Shown here in pieces: positions 1 through 9,203 of a DNA stretch of 64,000 nucleotides. Origin of the DNA: an uncultured bacterium (GTDB lineage Bacteria > Krumholzibacteriota > Krumholzibacteriia > JACNKJ01); NCBI GenBank assembly GCA_963695095.1, contig CAVOFT010000001.1:1184001-1248000 (forward strand), in the 5' to 3' direction. The notes under the pieces were generated by a model. It was given only the letters and a program-made list of their open reading frames with translations. It searched no databases and was not told the origin of the DNA. Every line of letters begins with the position of its first letter. The stretch's first letter is position 1. The translations under genes and the position numbers were made by a program.

Positions 1-656
1 CGTTGCCGAGCGTCTCCCAGATGGTCTGCCGCGCTTCCTTGTTGCCGGCGTAGATGACGGGCAGCTTGTAGCTCATGCCCAGGCGCGGCTTCGGATTGGC
101 GGCGGCGAGGATCTCGGCCAGCTCGACGACGTGGCTGACCGTGCCGCCGTCGATGCCGCCGGAGAGCAGGATCATGTCCGGCCGCAGCTGGCGGATGCGG
201 CGCGATCTTCTCGTGGGGCAGGCGGCCGTCGTTGCTGGCCAGCACGTCCATCACGATGGCGCCGGCGCCCAGGGCGGCGCGCTGGGCGCTCTCGCCCGGT
301 CATCGACTTGACGACGCCGGCCACCATCATCTGCAGGCCGCCGCCCGCGCTCGACGTGGAGATGTAGATGTCCACGCCGCGGTCGCCCGCCATGGGCGTG
401 ATGATCGTCTCGCCGTCGAGGAGCCGGCGCTCGGGGTTCTTCTGACGGCGAGCTCCTCCACCTCGAGCACCGCGTTGAGCACGCCGCGCGTGACGTCCTC
501 GAAGGGCGCCTCCACGGTGGTGGGGGCCTCGCCGCGGAAGGTCTGCCGGTACTCGCCGTCCACCAGCTCGATCAGGATGGCCTTGGTGGTGGTGGAGCCG
601 CAGTCCGTGGCTAGGATGGAACGGGCCTGGGCGTAATCCCGCTGCTTCTCGGACAC
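1..656 (-). CDS. Glutamate mutase L (GlmL/MutL-like, ASKHA-type) family protein, N-terminal part; runs off the window edge; about 3 frameshifts
   Basis: Joining frames gives VSEKQRDYAQARSILATDCGSTTTKAILIE...GEAPTTVEAPFEDVTRGVLNAV / YISTSSAGGGLQMMVAGVVKSMT / ESAQRAALGAGAIVMDVLASNDGR / RIRQLRPDMILLSGGIDGG...LPVIYAGN. Indels near 445, 297 and 200. GTG start preceded by GAGGT. Confidence 0.8.
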
Positions 657-911
657 GTCAACCTCTGCCTGGGTTCGAGCATGACAAGGCACTGCCGGAG
701 CCGATCCGACGGTGCAAGCGCTTGAATGCGTGCATCCTAGGGAATTCGGCCTGGAAAATCAAGGCCGGCCGTCCGGGTTGTCGGGCGGGGCGGCCCGGGG
801 CGCTGGCCGCGCTTTGCCGATCCCGCGCTCCGGAAGCTCCTTGGCAGGGAGGCAGGCCCCCGCTATTGTGCCCCATCGCGCCGGGATGCCGCCGGCGGGC
901 CAGGAGTGGCG

Positions 912-1658
912 ATGGAGCTGCGCAGCGGACTCGAACAGCAGGGCGACTGGCTCTTCCGCCATCGGGGCACGCTGCCGCTGCTCCTGCTCGCGGTCCTGTT
1001 GCCGGCGCTCTGGGTGTCACCGCAGGTCGATTTCCCCTTCGGCGCCGTCGGCGCCCGCGTCTACCGGGGGCTGTGCATCGGCGCCGGCTTCGCGGGCCTG
1101 CTCATCCGCGTGCTCACGGTGGGCTGCGTGCCCGGCGGCAGTTCCGGACGCAACACCCAGGGGCAGGTGGCGGCGGCGCTCAACACCACGGGCATCTACT
1201 CGCTGCTGCGCCACCCGCTCTACTTCGGCAATGTCCTCACCTATCTGGCCATCGTCTCCTTCCCGGGCGTCTGGTGGGCCGCCCTGCTGGCGGCGCTGAT
1301 GCTGGCGCTCTACTACGAGCGCATCATCCTCGCCGAGGAGGCCTTCCTGCGCGCGCAGTTCGGGGAGGAGTTCCGCGCCTGGGCTCGGCGCACGCCGGCC
1401 TTCTTCCCGCGCTTCGGAGGCTGGCAGCCGGCCCAGCTCCGCTTCTGCCCCCGCACCGCCGCCCGCCGCGAGTACTCGGGGCTGCTGGCCCTCGTCCTGG
1501 CCTTCGCCCTGCTGCAGCAGGGCATGGACGATATCAGCCAGGGCGACTTCGTGCTCAACCGCCTCTGGGCGTCGCTGCTCGCCGCCGCCACGCTCGTCTA
1601 CCTGACCCTGCGCACGCTCAAGCGGCGGACCCGCCTGCTGCACATGCCCGGGCGTTAG
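912..1658 (+). CDS. Isoprenylcysteine carboxyl methyltransferase/PEMT-family membrane methyltransferase (LmtA lipid A methyltransferase-like)
   Basis: GDWLFRHRGTLP N-terminus, SGRNT, LNTTGIYSLLRHPLYFGN, YYERIILAEEAFL, WARRTPAFFP and REYSG motifs; several TM helices; AGGAG RBS. Confidence 0.8.
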   Translation: MELRSGLEQQGDWLFRHRGTLPLLLLAVLLPALWVSPQVDFPFGAVGARVYRGLCIGAGFAGLLIRVLTVGCVPGGSSGRNTQGQVAAALNTTGIYSLLRHPLYFGNVLTYLAIVSFPGVWWAALLAALMLALYYERIILAEEAFLRAQFGEEFRAWARRTPAFFPRFGGWQPAQLRFCPRTAARREYSGLLALVLAFALLQQGMDDISQGDFVLNRLWASLLAAATLVYLTLRTLKRRTRLLHMPGR

Positions 1659-1672
1659 GCCCCGCTGGGGAC

Positions 1673-1700
1673 TGGACCCGCGCGGCGCAGCTGCTATACT
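1673..1700 (+). promoter_or_regulatory. Putative sigma70 promoter (extended -10)
   Basis: TGGACC-N16-TATACT, with TG upstream of the -10, ahead of the 1753 gene. Confidence 0.45.
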
Positions 1701-1752
1701 GCCGCGGCTTGGCCGGGCGGTCCGGCCGAGCCTGCCCCCGGAGGTCGTCCCC

Positions 1753-2520
1753 ATGTTTCGAGTCCCGCGCCATCTCCAGCTCGCCGCCACCTCTCTTGCC
1801 CTGCTGCTCGCCTGCGGGCCAGGCGCCGGGAGCGCGGCCGCGGCGGAGGGCGTCGTCGACGGCAGTTTCGAAGCCCAGAAATCGAGCGGAGACCTGCGCA
1901 AGGACGGCAAGGGCCCGGACTGGTACGAGAGCCGCGACGACGGCGAGGGGGCCAAGCTGCTCATGCTGAGCAGCAAGGACATCGGCGGCAACGCGACCAA
2001 GAAGGCCATGATCAAGGCCCACCCCGATCTCAACACCTACCTGAGCCAGCGCCTGCCGGCGCCGATCAAGGTGGCGGCCACGCTGCGCTACGACCTCTTC
2101 GTGCGCGAGATCCTGCCCGATGACAACCGCTCGGCCTTCTGCTTCATGGGCGGCATCAAGGACAAGCAGGGCGGACCCAATAGCACCGGTTCCGAACGCT
2201 TCGTCTTTCTCGGCTGCGAGAACGCGGCCACGCCCGGCAAGATGAATCTCTTCGCCCGCGAAGGGGCCAAGGGCTGGGACGCGCGCACCCTGGTGGCCAA
2301 GGACCTGGAGCTCGGCAAGTGGCACACGATCGTGGTGGAAGTGAACGTGCCCGAGGGCTTCTACGCGGTGCGCATCGAGGGGCGGACGCAGCCCTTCGAG
2401 CTGGAGTCCTTCTTCACCAAGGGCAGGACGCCGAGCCAGCTCACCCATCTCAGCTTCGCGAGCTGGAACGACGGCGCCGGCACCTTCTACGTGGACAAGG
2501 TCTCGCTCGAGGGCAACTGA
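1753..2520 (+). CDS. Secreted hypothetical protein (beta-rich, possibly jelly-roll fold)
   Basis: GGAGG RBS, signal peptide, typical GC3-rich codons, ends GTFYVDKVSLEGN before a terminator hairpin. Confidence 0.7.
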   Translation: MFRVPRHLQLAATSLALLLACGPGAGSAAAAEGVVDGSFEAQKSSGDLRKDGKGPDWYESRDDGEGAKLLMLSSKDIGGNATKKAMIKAHPDLNTYLSQRLPAPIKVAATLRYDLFVREILPDDNRSAFCFMGGIKDKQGGPNSTGSERFVFLGCENAATPGKMNLFAREGAKGWDARTLVAKDLELGKWHTIVVEVNVPEGFYAVRIEGRTQPFELESFFTKGRTPSQLTHLSFASWNDGAGTFYVDKVSLEGN

Positions 2521-2539
2521 GCTCCCAGCGGTAAAATCG

Positions 2540-2571
2540 AGCGCCCCCCGGAGCGATCCGGGGGGCGCTTT
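2540..2571. terminator. Intrinsic terminator between convergent genes (probably bidirectional)
   Basis: AGCGCCCCCCGGA-GCGA-TCCGGGGGGCGCT perfect stem, followed by TT and preceded by AAAA. Confidence 0.75.
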
Positions 2572-2597
2572 GCTTGCACCGAGCGGGAGCGCGTCGA

Positions 2598-3671
2598 TCA
2601 GGGCGCGCAGCCGGCATCCAGCCAGCGGCCGGCGAAGAAGCCGCCGCGGCCGGGGCCGCTGCGGAAGTGGCCGGCCAGGGTGCCCATCAGGGTCTCGGTC
2701 TCGTCGATCCAGTCGCCCTCGAAGCTGCCGGCGCCGCCGCTGCCGACGGGATCAGCCGCCCAGCTGCCGCGCAGGAAGCCGCGGAAGCTGCCGTCCCGGG
2801 CAATCCACTTGCCGCGGAAGCGCTGCTCGCCCTCGTCGGTGACGCCCCAGTGGCCGCGCAGGTGGCCGAGCAGCTCGCCCTCGTAGCTGAGGAAGGCGCC
2901 GCGGAAGATGCCGCGCAAGGCGGCCTCGCCCGGCCGATGCACCCAGATGCCCGCGAGGAAGCCGTTGGGGCAGTCCAGGATGGCCGGCGCCTGCAGGGAC
3001 ATCTGGTTGCCCAGCTCATCGACGTCCAGCAGGCCCTCGTAGCCGTCCAGGTCCGCCACGGGCAGGCTGGTGGTCGCCGGTCCCATCGCGATCGTGAGGG
3101 CGTTCGCCTCCGGGGCGTCCGGCGTGGGATCGATGACCTGCAGGAGCAGGCCGTCATAATGGGTGGTCGTGAGCGAGTGCAGGTCGACGACCTTCACATC
3201 CTCGCGGGGGAAGACCACCCAATCGGTCTGCCGCTCGAAGGCGATGCGGCGCAGGACCACGATGCCGCCGCGATCGACGCGGATCGACCCGGACCAGTCC
3301 GTCGCGGTCTCGATGTCCGGGTTGCCGGCGAGCTGGCCCCAGCTCAAGTAGAGATAGTGGACCTGGACGCCGGGCGTCGCCAGCATGGCCCGGATCTCGG
3401 GACCCATGCAGTGGTTGTCCCCGGCGGCGACGGCCAGCTCGAAGCGGTGGCGGAAGAAGTTGGGCTCGCCGAAGCCCGGCTCCTCATCCTCGGTGCCGTA
3501 GCCACCGTTGGCTTCTTCGAGATCGAGGTTGAGGTCGCTGTAGAGCTCGGCGTCGTAGAGCTCGGCCTCGGGATCGGCGCTGACGGCCTCGCTGCCTCCG
3601 AAGAGGCTGTTGCAGCCGGCGGCGCCCAGGGCGAGCAGGCCGATGAGCAGCAAGAGCGGAGTGAGTCGCAT
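2598..3671 (-). CDS. Hypothetical lipoprotein with Gly-rich beta-hairpin repeats at the C-terminus
   Basis: MRLTPLLLLIGLLALGAAG-C lipobox; repeated F(R/E)GxW...G.(F/L).G.L.G.W units; GAGGAG RBS. Confidence 0.75.
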   Translation of the reverse strand: MRLTPLLLLIGLLALGAAGCNSLFGGSEAVSADPEAELYDAELYSDLNLDLEEANGGYGTEDEEPGFGEPNFFRHRFELAVAAGDNHCMGPEIRAMLATPGVQVHYLYLSWGQLAGNPDIETATDWSGSIRVDRGGIVVLRRIAFERQTDWVVFPREDVKVVDLHSLTTTHYDGLLLQVIDPTPDAPEANALTIAMGPATTSLPVADLDGYEGLLDVDELGNQMSLQAPAILDCPNGFLAGIWVHRPGEAALRGIFRGAFLSYEGELLGHLRGHWGVTDEGEQRFRGKWIARDGSFRGFLRGSWAADPVGSGGAGSFEGDWIDETETLMGTLAGHFRSGPGRGGFFAGRWLDAGCAP

Positions 3672-3955
3672 GGTAGGTCTCCTCGTTCGCGGTTCCGGTG
3701 GGCCAGGGGTCGTCCCCTGCGGGGGACGAGCAGGGCAGGGCAAGGGGCATACCCGGGCAGCGTGGGGACTCGGGGTATTTCTCCAAGTGACTGGTAATGA
3801 ATGTCTTGCCGCGGAAGGGGGGGGGAGGGTTTCCAGCCTGGCGCCCGCGGCGCTGCACCCTTTGGTGCGGCCGGCCGTCCGCTGCGGTGCGGGCTCAAAC
3901 GCCGAGCGCCTCCCCGGGATCGGGAAGGCGCCGCCGGGAAGCCGCTGGGCGAGGA

Positions 3956-4147
3956 CTAGGCCTTGGCCTGCTTCTCCAGGGTGCGCAGGGCGCGCGTGGA
4001 GATCCAGACGCGCTTCGTCACGCCGTCGATGGTGACGAGCTTCTTCTGGAGATTGGGGCGGAACCAGCGCGGGGTGCGGTTCTTGGCGTGGCTCACGTTG
4101 CGGCCGGCCCGCGGACCCATCCCGGTCAAGGCGCAGCGCTTGGACAT
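3956..4147 (-). CDS. rpmB: 50S ribosomal protein L28
   Basis: MSKRCALTGMGPRAGRNVSHAKNRTPRWFRPNLQKK...VWISTRALRT. Confidence 0.97.
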   Translation of the reverse strand: MSKRCALTGMGPRAGRNVSHAKNRTPRWFRPNLQKKLVTIDGVTKRVWISTRALRTLEKQAKA

Positions 4148-4208
4148 GGCGATCTCCCCTGGAGCGTGGCGTCGAGAAGCCGGGCGCAGGCCCGGCCGAA
4201 GGATGCGC

Positions 4209-4237
4209 AATATACCAGGCGATCCGGCACCCGTCAA
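4209..4237 (-). promoter_or_regulatory. sigma70 promoter of rpmB
   Basis: TTGACG-N17-TATATT on the minus strand. Confidence 0.7.
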
Positions 4238-4279
4238 GTGCGCCTGGCGCCCGGCCTTTCGCCTTGCGGGTCGCCGTCG

Positions 4280-5185
4280 CTACTTGAGCAAGGTCATTTT
4301 CCCCGGTGCATCGAGGTCGCGGCCGGCGGCGTCCTGCAGGCGGGCGAAGTAGACGCCCGATGCACTCTGCTCGCCCTGGGCATCGCGGCCGTCCCAGGCG
4401 AAGTCATGCGCGCCGCCGGCGATGGGGCCGGCGTGCAGCACCTTCACCAGGCGACCCGCACTGTCGAGGATGCTCAGGCGCACGCTGGCCGGCTGACCGA
4501 GGTCGAAGCTCAGGCGCGTCTTCGGATTGAAGGGATTCGGGAAGTTGGGCGCGAGCAGGGCCGCCAGCGGCGCGCTCTCGGCGGCAGTGGGCTGGGCCTC
4601 GTCGAGGGACAGGACCAAGCTATAGATGTAGTCGTCCAGGACCGATCCGCTGTTGTCGGCCGCGTTGCCCATGCCGTAGAGCGTGACCGGGCCGCTGCCG
4701 GCCGCGGGCGCCTGCCACTGCATCGTCCAGGTCTTGCTGCCGAGGGTGCCGGGCGCGGAGCCGGCCAGGGTCTGCTTGCCGTACTGGCGCAGGTGCGTGG
4801 CGATCACGCTGTCGGCCACCTGGGTCTCGGCGTCCACGGGCGAGAGCAAGCCCGCCTTGTCACCCGCGGCGTCGATCAGCGTGATCTCGAAGCCCCAGCG
4901 GCTGGCTCCGGGATCGGCGAGCTCGAGGCAGATGGTGTAGCTGTTGCCGGGGACGTACTGGCCGCCGCCCGCAATGCAGTTTTCGGCGAAGCTGCCGCTG
5001 CCGGAGTCCAGATCGAAACTGAAGTGGCACTGGGTGCAGTTGCCTTCGCCGGGGGCGCCGGTCTTGCCGTTGTAGGGGCCCTAGAGGAAGGCGAGGGCCA
5101 TCTCCACATCGATCAGGGCGCTGAGCGTGACGAGCACGGCGAAAAGAGAGAGCAGGGCGAAGAAGAGGGGACGCGTGACGCGCAT
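4280..5185 (-). pseudogene. Secreted choice-of-anchor V/Reeler-like protein with CxxCH and C-terminal FlgD-Ig domain, interrupted by one in-frame TAG at 5081-5083 (pseudogene, base error or readthrough)
   Basis: GGGAGG RBS; MRVTRPLFFALLSLFAVLVTLSALIDVEMALAFL*GPYNGKTGAPGEGNCTQCHF...YVPGNSYTI...RWGFEIT...WTMQWQAPAAGSGPVTLYGMGNAADNSG...PNPFNP...KMTLLK all in one frame. Confidence 0.75.
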
Positions 5186-5483
5186 GGGGACCTCCCGATC
5201 AGGGGTGCGCGGCGTCACCGGGTGAGGGGCTGGCGCCGGCGAGATACCGTAGAGCTTACGCTATTTCCCTCCACCGCGGCAAGCAGCGACAGCGGCTAAT
5301 ACGTTGAAAGATCAAGACTTAGGGATCCCGATTTCCCTCCCGGCCCGAGGCGCTCGAGGACGCAGGCCGGCGGCGAGCATCCATCGCTCTCTCGTTGAAG
5401 CGCTTGCGGCGCTGTGCTAGCCTGCCCTGCCTTGCCCGTTGCGGCCCATCGACCCACCGCTCCCTGATCCCAGGAGGTTTCGC

Positions 5484-7001
5484 ATGTCCTGCCGGACACG
5501 CCTGGCGCTCTGCGCCGCCACCCCGCTTCTCGCGCTGCTCCTTGCCGCCGGCGCCGGGCCGGCGCAGGCCGGCTATGAAGAGATGGCCGGCCAGGTCCAG
5601 GAGATCACCCTGGACAACGGTCTCAAGATCCTGCTCCTGGAGCGCCATGACGTGCCCGTCTTCTCCTTCTGGACCTACGTCGGCGTGGGCGGCGTCGACG
5701 AGGAAGGCGGCAAGAGCGGCATCGCCCACATGTTCGAGCACATGGCCTTCAAGGGCACGCACGAGCTGGGCAGCCTGGACATCAAGCGCGAGCTGAAGGC
5801 GATGGACGCCATGGAGGAGGTCTATGCGCAGATCCAGGCCGAGCGGCTCAAGGGCGACGCAGCCGACGCCGCTCGCCTGGCCACGCTCGAGGCCCGCTTC
5901 GACGCCCTCGAGGCCGAGGCGGACGGCCTCGTCGACACGAACGCCTTCGGCAAGCTCGTCGAGGCCCACGGCGGCGTCGGCATGAACGCGATGACGAGCT
6001 GGGACGAGACGCAGTACTTCTACAGCATGCCGTCGAACAAGCTCGAGCTGTGGTGCCTGCTCGAGAGCGACCGCTTCATCAATCCGGTGCTGCGCGAGTT
6101 CTACAAGGAGAAGAACGTCATCCTCGAGGAGCGCAACATGCGCACCGAGAGCCAGCCCCAGGGGCGCCTGTTCGAGGAGTGGGTCTGCGCCGCCTATCTC
6201 GGCCATCCCTACGGCCGGCCCGTCATCGGCCACCGCAGGGATATCGAGCTGTGGAGCCGCCGCGACGCGGAGGACTTCTACCAGCGGCACTACGGCGCGC
6301 GCAACATGGTGATCGCGGTGGTGGGCGACGTCTACCGCGCCGAGATGGAGCAGCTCGCCCAGAAGTACTTCGCGAAGATCCCGGCCGGCCCCGGTCCGCA
6401 GCCCGTGCGCACGGTGGAGCCGGAGCAGCTCGGCGAGCGGCGCGTGGTGATCGAGGAGAACACCCAGCCCTTCATCTTCATCGGCTATCACATTCCGGCC
6501 AAGCGGCACGCCGACCGCCCGGCCATCGGCGCCCTGGCCAGCATCCTCGGCCAGGGCCGCGCGAGCCGGCTCAACGTGCGCCTCGTCAAGCAGGAGAAGC
6601 TGGCGCTCTTCTCGGGCGCCTTCGAGGGGCTGCCCGGAGACCGCTATCCCGCGCTCCTCACCCTGATCGCCGTGCCGAACAAGGATATCACCGTCGAGGA
6701 CGTGGAGGCGGCCATCTACGCAGAGGCTGCGCGCATCGTCGATGAGGGCGTCACCGAGACCGAGCTGGCCGGGTACAAGAGCCGCGCCCGGGCCCAGTTC
6801 ATCCGGGACCTGGAAGGCAACCAGGGCATGGCCGGCCAGCTCTGCTGGGCGCAGATGATCCTGGGCGACTGGCGCGAGCTGTTCACCCAGCTCGCGGCCA
6901 TCGACGCCGTCACCGCCGCCGACGTGCAGCGGGTGGCCGGTGAGATCTTCCGCACATCCAACCGGACGGTGGGCGTCATCAAGACCACCGTGGGCAGCTA
7001 G
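5484..7001 (+). CDS. M16 family zinc metallopeptidase (catalytic subunit), secreted
   Basis: Signal peptide, TLDNGLKILLLE, GIAHMFEHMAFKG (HxxEH), NAMTSWDET, HPYGRPVIG; AGGAGG RBS. Confidence 0.93.
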   Translation: MSCRTRLALCAATPLLALLLAAGAGPAQAGYEEMAGQVQEITLDNGLKILLLERHDVPVFSFWTYVGVGGVDEEGGKSGIAHMFEHMAFKGTHELGSLDIKRELKAMDAMEEVYAQIQAERLKGDAADAARLATLEARFDALEAEADGLVDTNAFGKLVEAHGGVGMNAMTSWDETQYFYSMPSNKLELWCLLESDRFINPVLREFYKEKNVILEERNMRTESQPQGRLFEEWVCAAYLGHPYGRPVIGHRRDIELWSRRDAEDFYQRHYGARNMVIAVVGDVYRAEMEQLAQKYFAKIPAGPGPQPVRTVEPEQLGERRVVIEENTQPFIFIGYHIPAKRHADRPAIGALASILGQGRASRLNVRLVKQEKLALFSGAFEGLPGDRYPALLTLIAVPNKDITVEDVEAAIYAEAARIVDEGVTETELAGYKSRARAQFIRDLEGNQGMAGQLCWAQMILGDWRELFTQLAAIDAVTAADVQRVAGEIFRTSNRTVGVIKTTVGS

Positions 7002-7016
7002 GCGAGGAGGCCAACG

Positions 7017-9182
7017 ATGCTCAAGTCCCTGAAGCTGAAGACGCGTGCCTGGGGGCGGCTCGGCCTCGTCGCGCTCGCCCTGATCGCGCTCGTCCCGGCG
7101 GCCGGCCAGGCCGGCGAGAGCCGCTATGACAAGGTCGTCACTTCCCTGCCCGCGCTCCGCGACTTCCAGGTGCCGCAGGTCACGCGCGAGCAGCTCGCCA
7201 ACGGCATGGTGCTCTACCTGGTCGAGGACCACGACCTGCCGGTCGTCCGCCTCTCCGCGATGATCCGCGCCGGGCGCATCTACGAGCCGGCCGCCCAGAC
7301 GGGACTGGCCGACCTGGTCGGCGAGGTGATGCGCACCGGCGGCACCGAGCGCTACCCCGGCGACGAGCTGGACGAGCTGCTCGAGAACATGGGCGCCAGC
7401 GTCGAGACCGGCATGGACGAGGCGAACGCCAGCGCCTCCCTGAACTGCCTCACCGAGAATTTCGACGAGGTGCTCGCCGTCTTCGTGGACGTGCTGCGCT
7501 ACCCGGCCTTCCCCGATGAGAAGCTCGACCTCGCCATCACGCAGGCGAAGACTGCCATCAGCCGCCGCAACGACGACGCTTCGGGGATCGCCAATCGCGA
7601 GATCCAGCGCCTCTACTTCGGCGCGGACAGCCCCTACGCCCGCGAACCGGAGTACGATACCCTGGCCGCCATCGAGCGCGCGGACCTGGTTGCCTTTCAC
7701 GAGTACTTCTATCACCCGAACAACATGATCCTCGTGGCCGGCGGCGATTTCGACACGGCAACGATGAAGGCCAAGCTCAGCGCGGCCTTCGCCGACTGGC
7801 CGCAGGGGGAGACCTTCTTCCCGCCGGATCCCCTGATCTCCGACACGCCGATGTCGGTCAACTACATCGCCAAGGAAGACGTCAACCAGTCGAAGATCCG
7901 CATGGGGCACCTCGGCATCCGCTGGGACGACGAGCATCTCTTTCCCCTGCAGGTGCTCAACGAGATTCTCGGCGGCGGCTTCTCGAGCCGGCTCTTCAGC
8001 GAGGTGCGCAGCAAGCGCGAGCTGGCCTACGGCGTCTGGGCCTGGATGATCGTGGGCAACCACCACCGCATGCCCTTCACGGTGGGCGTCGACACCAAGA
8101 GCGAGTCGACGGTGGAGGCGATCACCATCATCATGGACGAGCTGCGCAAGGTGCGCGAGGAGCCCGTCACCGCCGACGAGCTGCGGCGCGCCAAGGAGGG
8201 CCTGAAGAACGGCTTCGTCTTCAACTTCTCCAATCCCTTCTCGATCGCCAGCCGCAAGGCTTCCTACGAGTTCTGGGGCCGGCCGGCCGACTACCTGGAC
8301 ACCTTCCTGGACAAGGTGGACGCCGTCACCGCCGCCGATATCCTCGCCGCAGCCAAGGCGCGCATCCACCCGGAGCAGATGGCGATTCTCGTCGTCGGCC
8401 GCGCGGCGGACTTCGATGCGCCCCTGGCCAGCCTCGGCTTCGGCGAGCCGACCGAGATCGACATCACCATTCCGGAGCCCAAGTTCGCCCTGGAACTGCC
8501 GGAGGCGACGAGCGAGAACCTGGCCGCCGGTCGCGCGCTGATGGACAAGGCCCTGGCGGCCCACGGCGGCGCCAAGGCCCTGGCGGCGGTCAAGTCGCTG
8601 CGTTTCAAGGGCGACTTCCTGATCAAGGAAACGGGCATGGGCCCGATGACCTTCGGTATCGTCCAGCAGCGTTTGGGCGAAGATCGCCTGCGCCTGGAGA
8701 CGACGACGCCCTTCGGCAACATGGTTCAGATCCTCACGCCGGACGCGGCCTGGGTGATCAGCCCGCGCGGCAAGCAGACCGTCACCGGGAAGGACCTGGC
8801 CGAGATGTGGCGCAGCGAAAGGAGCGACGCCCTGCACCTGCTTCGCCACCTCGACGACTATCGCGCGCTGTCCCTGGGTCGCGAGGCCTTTGCCGGGGAG
8901 GACTGCGCCGTGGTCTACCTGCAGGGTGAGGGCGACGAAGGCTACAGGGTCTTCCTGGGCGTGGATCACCTGTTCCGCGGCATGGAATACAAGGATAGCG
9001 GCCAGGCGGGGCCGGTGATGAATCTCACGACCTTCGGCGACTACGCGGCGACGGGCGGCGTGCAGTTCGCGCGCAGCTTCACGATCGACCACGACGGCAC
9101 CCCCTTCGCGACGCTGACGATCAAGGAGGTGGTGGTGAATCCGACGCTGCCGGCATCGCTCTTCGCCGAGCCCGCCGACTAG
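7017..9182 (+). CDS. M16 family peptidase, non-catalytic partner subunit, with C-terminal extension
   Basis: LANGMVLYLVEDHDLP, lacks HxxEH, ILGGGFSSRLFSEVRSKRELAY (conserved R/Y motif); about 230 extra C-terminal residues. Confidence 0.88.
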   Translation: MLKSLKLKTRAWGRLGLVALALIALVPAAGQAGESRYDKVVTSLPALRDFQVPQVTREQLANGMVLYLVEDHDLPVVRLSAMIRAGRIYEPAAQTGLADLVGEVMRTGGTERYPGDELDELLENMGASVETGMDEANASASLNCLTENFDEVLAVFVDVLRYPAFPDEKLDLAITQAKTAISRRNDDASGIANREIQRLYFGADSPYAREPEYDTLAAIERADLVAFHEYFYHPNNMILVAGGDFDTATMKAKLSAAFADWPQGETFFPPDPLISDTPMSVNYIAKEDVNQSKIRMGHLGIRWDDEHLFPLQVLNEILGGGFSSRLFSEVRSKRELAYGVWAWMIVGNHHRMPFTVGVDTKSESTVEAITIIMDELRKVREEPVTADELRRAKEGLKNGFVFNFSNPFSIASRKASYEFWGRPADYLDTFLDKVDAVTAADILAAAKARIHPEQMAILVVGRAADFDAPLASLGFGEPTEIDITIPEPKFALELPEATSENLAAGRALMDKALAAHGGAKALAAVKSLRFKGDFLIKETGMGPMTFGIVQQRLGEDRLRLETTTPFGNMVQILTPDAAWVISPRGKQTVTGKDLAEMWRSERSDALHLLRHLDDYRALSLGREAFAGEDCAVVYLQGEGDEGYRVFLGVDHLFRGMEYKDSGQAGPVMNLTTFGDYAATGGVQFARSFTIDHDGTPFATLTIKEVVVNPTLPASLFAEPAD

Positions 9183-9203
9183 CGGCGGCCGGGAGGACGC
9201 GGC

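Noticed and set aside
2598..2612. Lipoprotein ending ...GCAP-TGA as a possible CxxU
   Set aside because: The downstream frame runs straight into the terminator hairpin and the convergent gene with no protein-like continuation, so it is treated as a normal stop.
3817..3825. G9 tract upstream of the lipoprotein as a phase-variation switch
   Set aside because: Short tract in a GC-rich genome, no promoter elements confidently placed around it, and homopolymer length is unreliable in this assembly.
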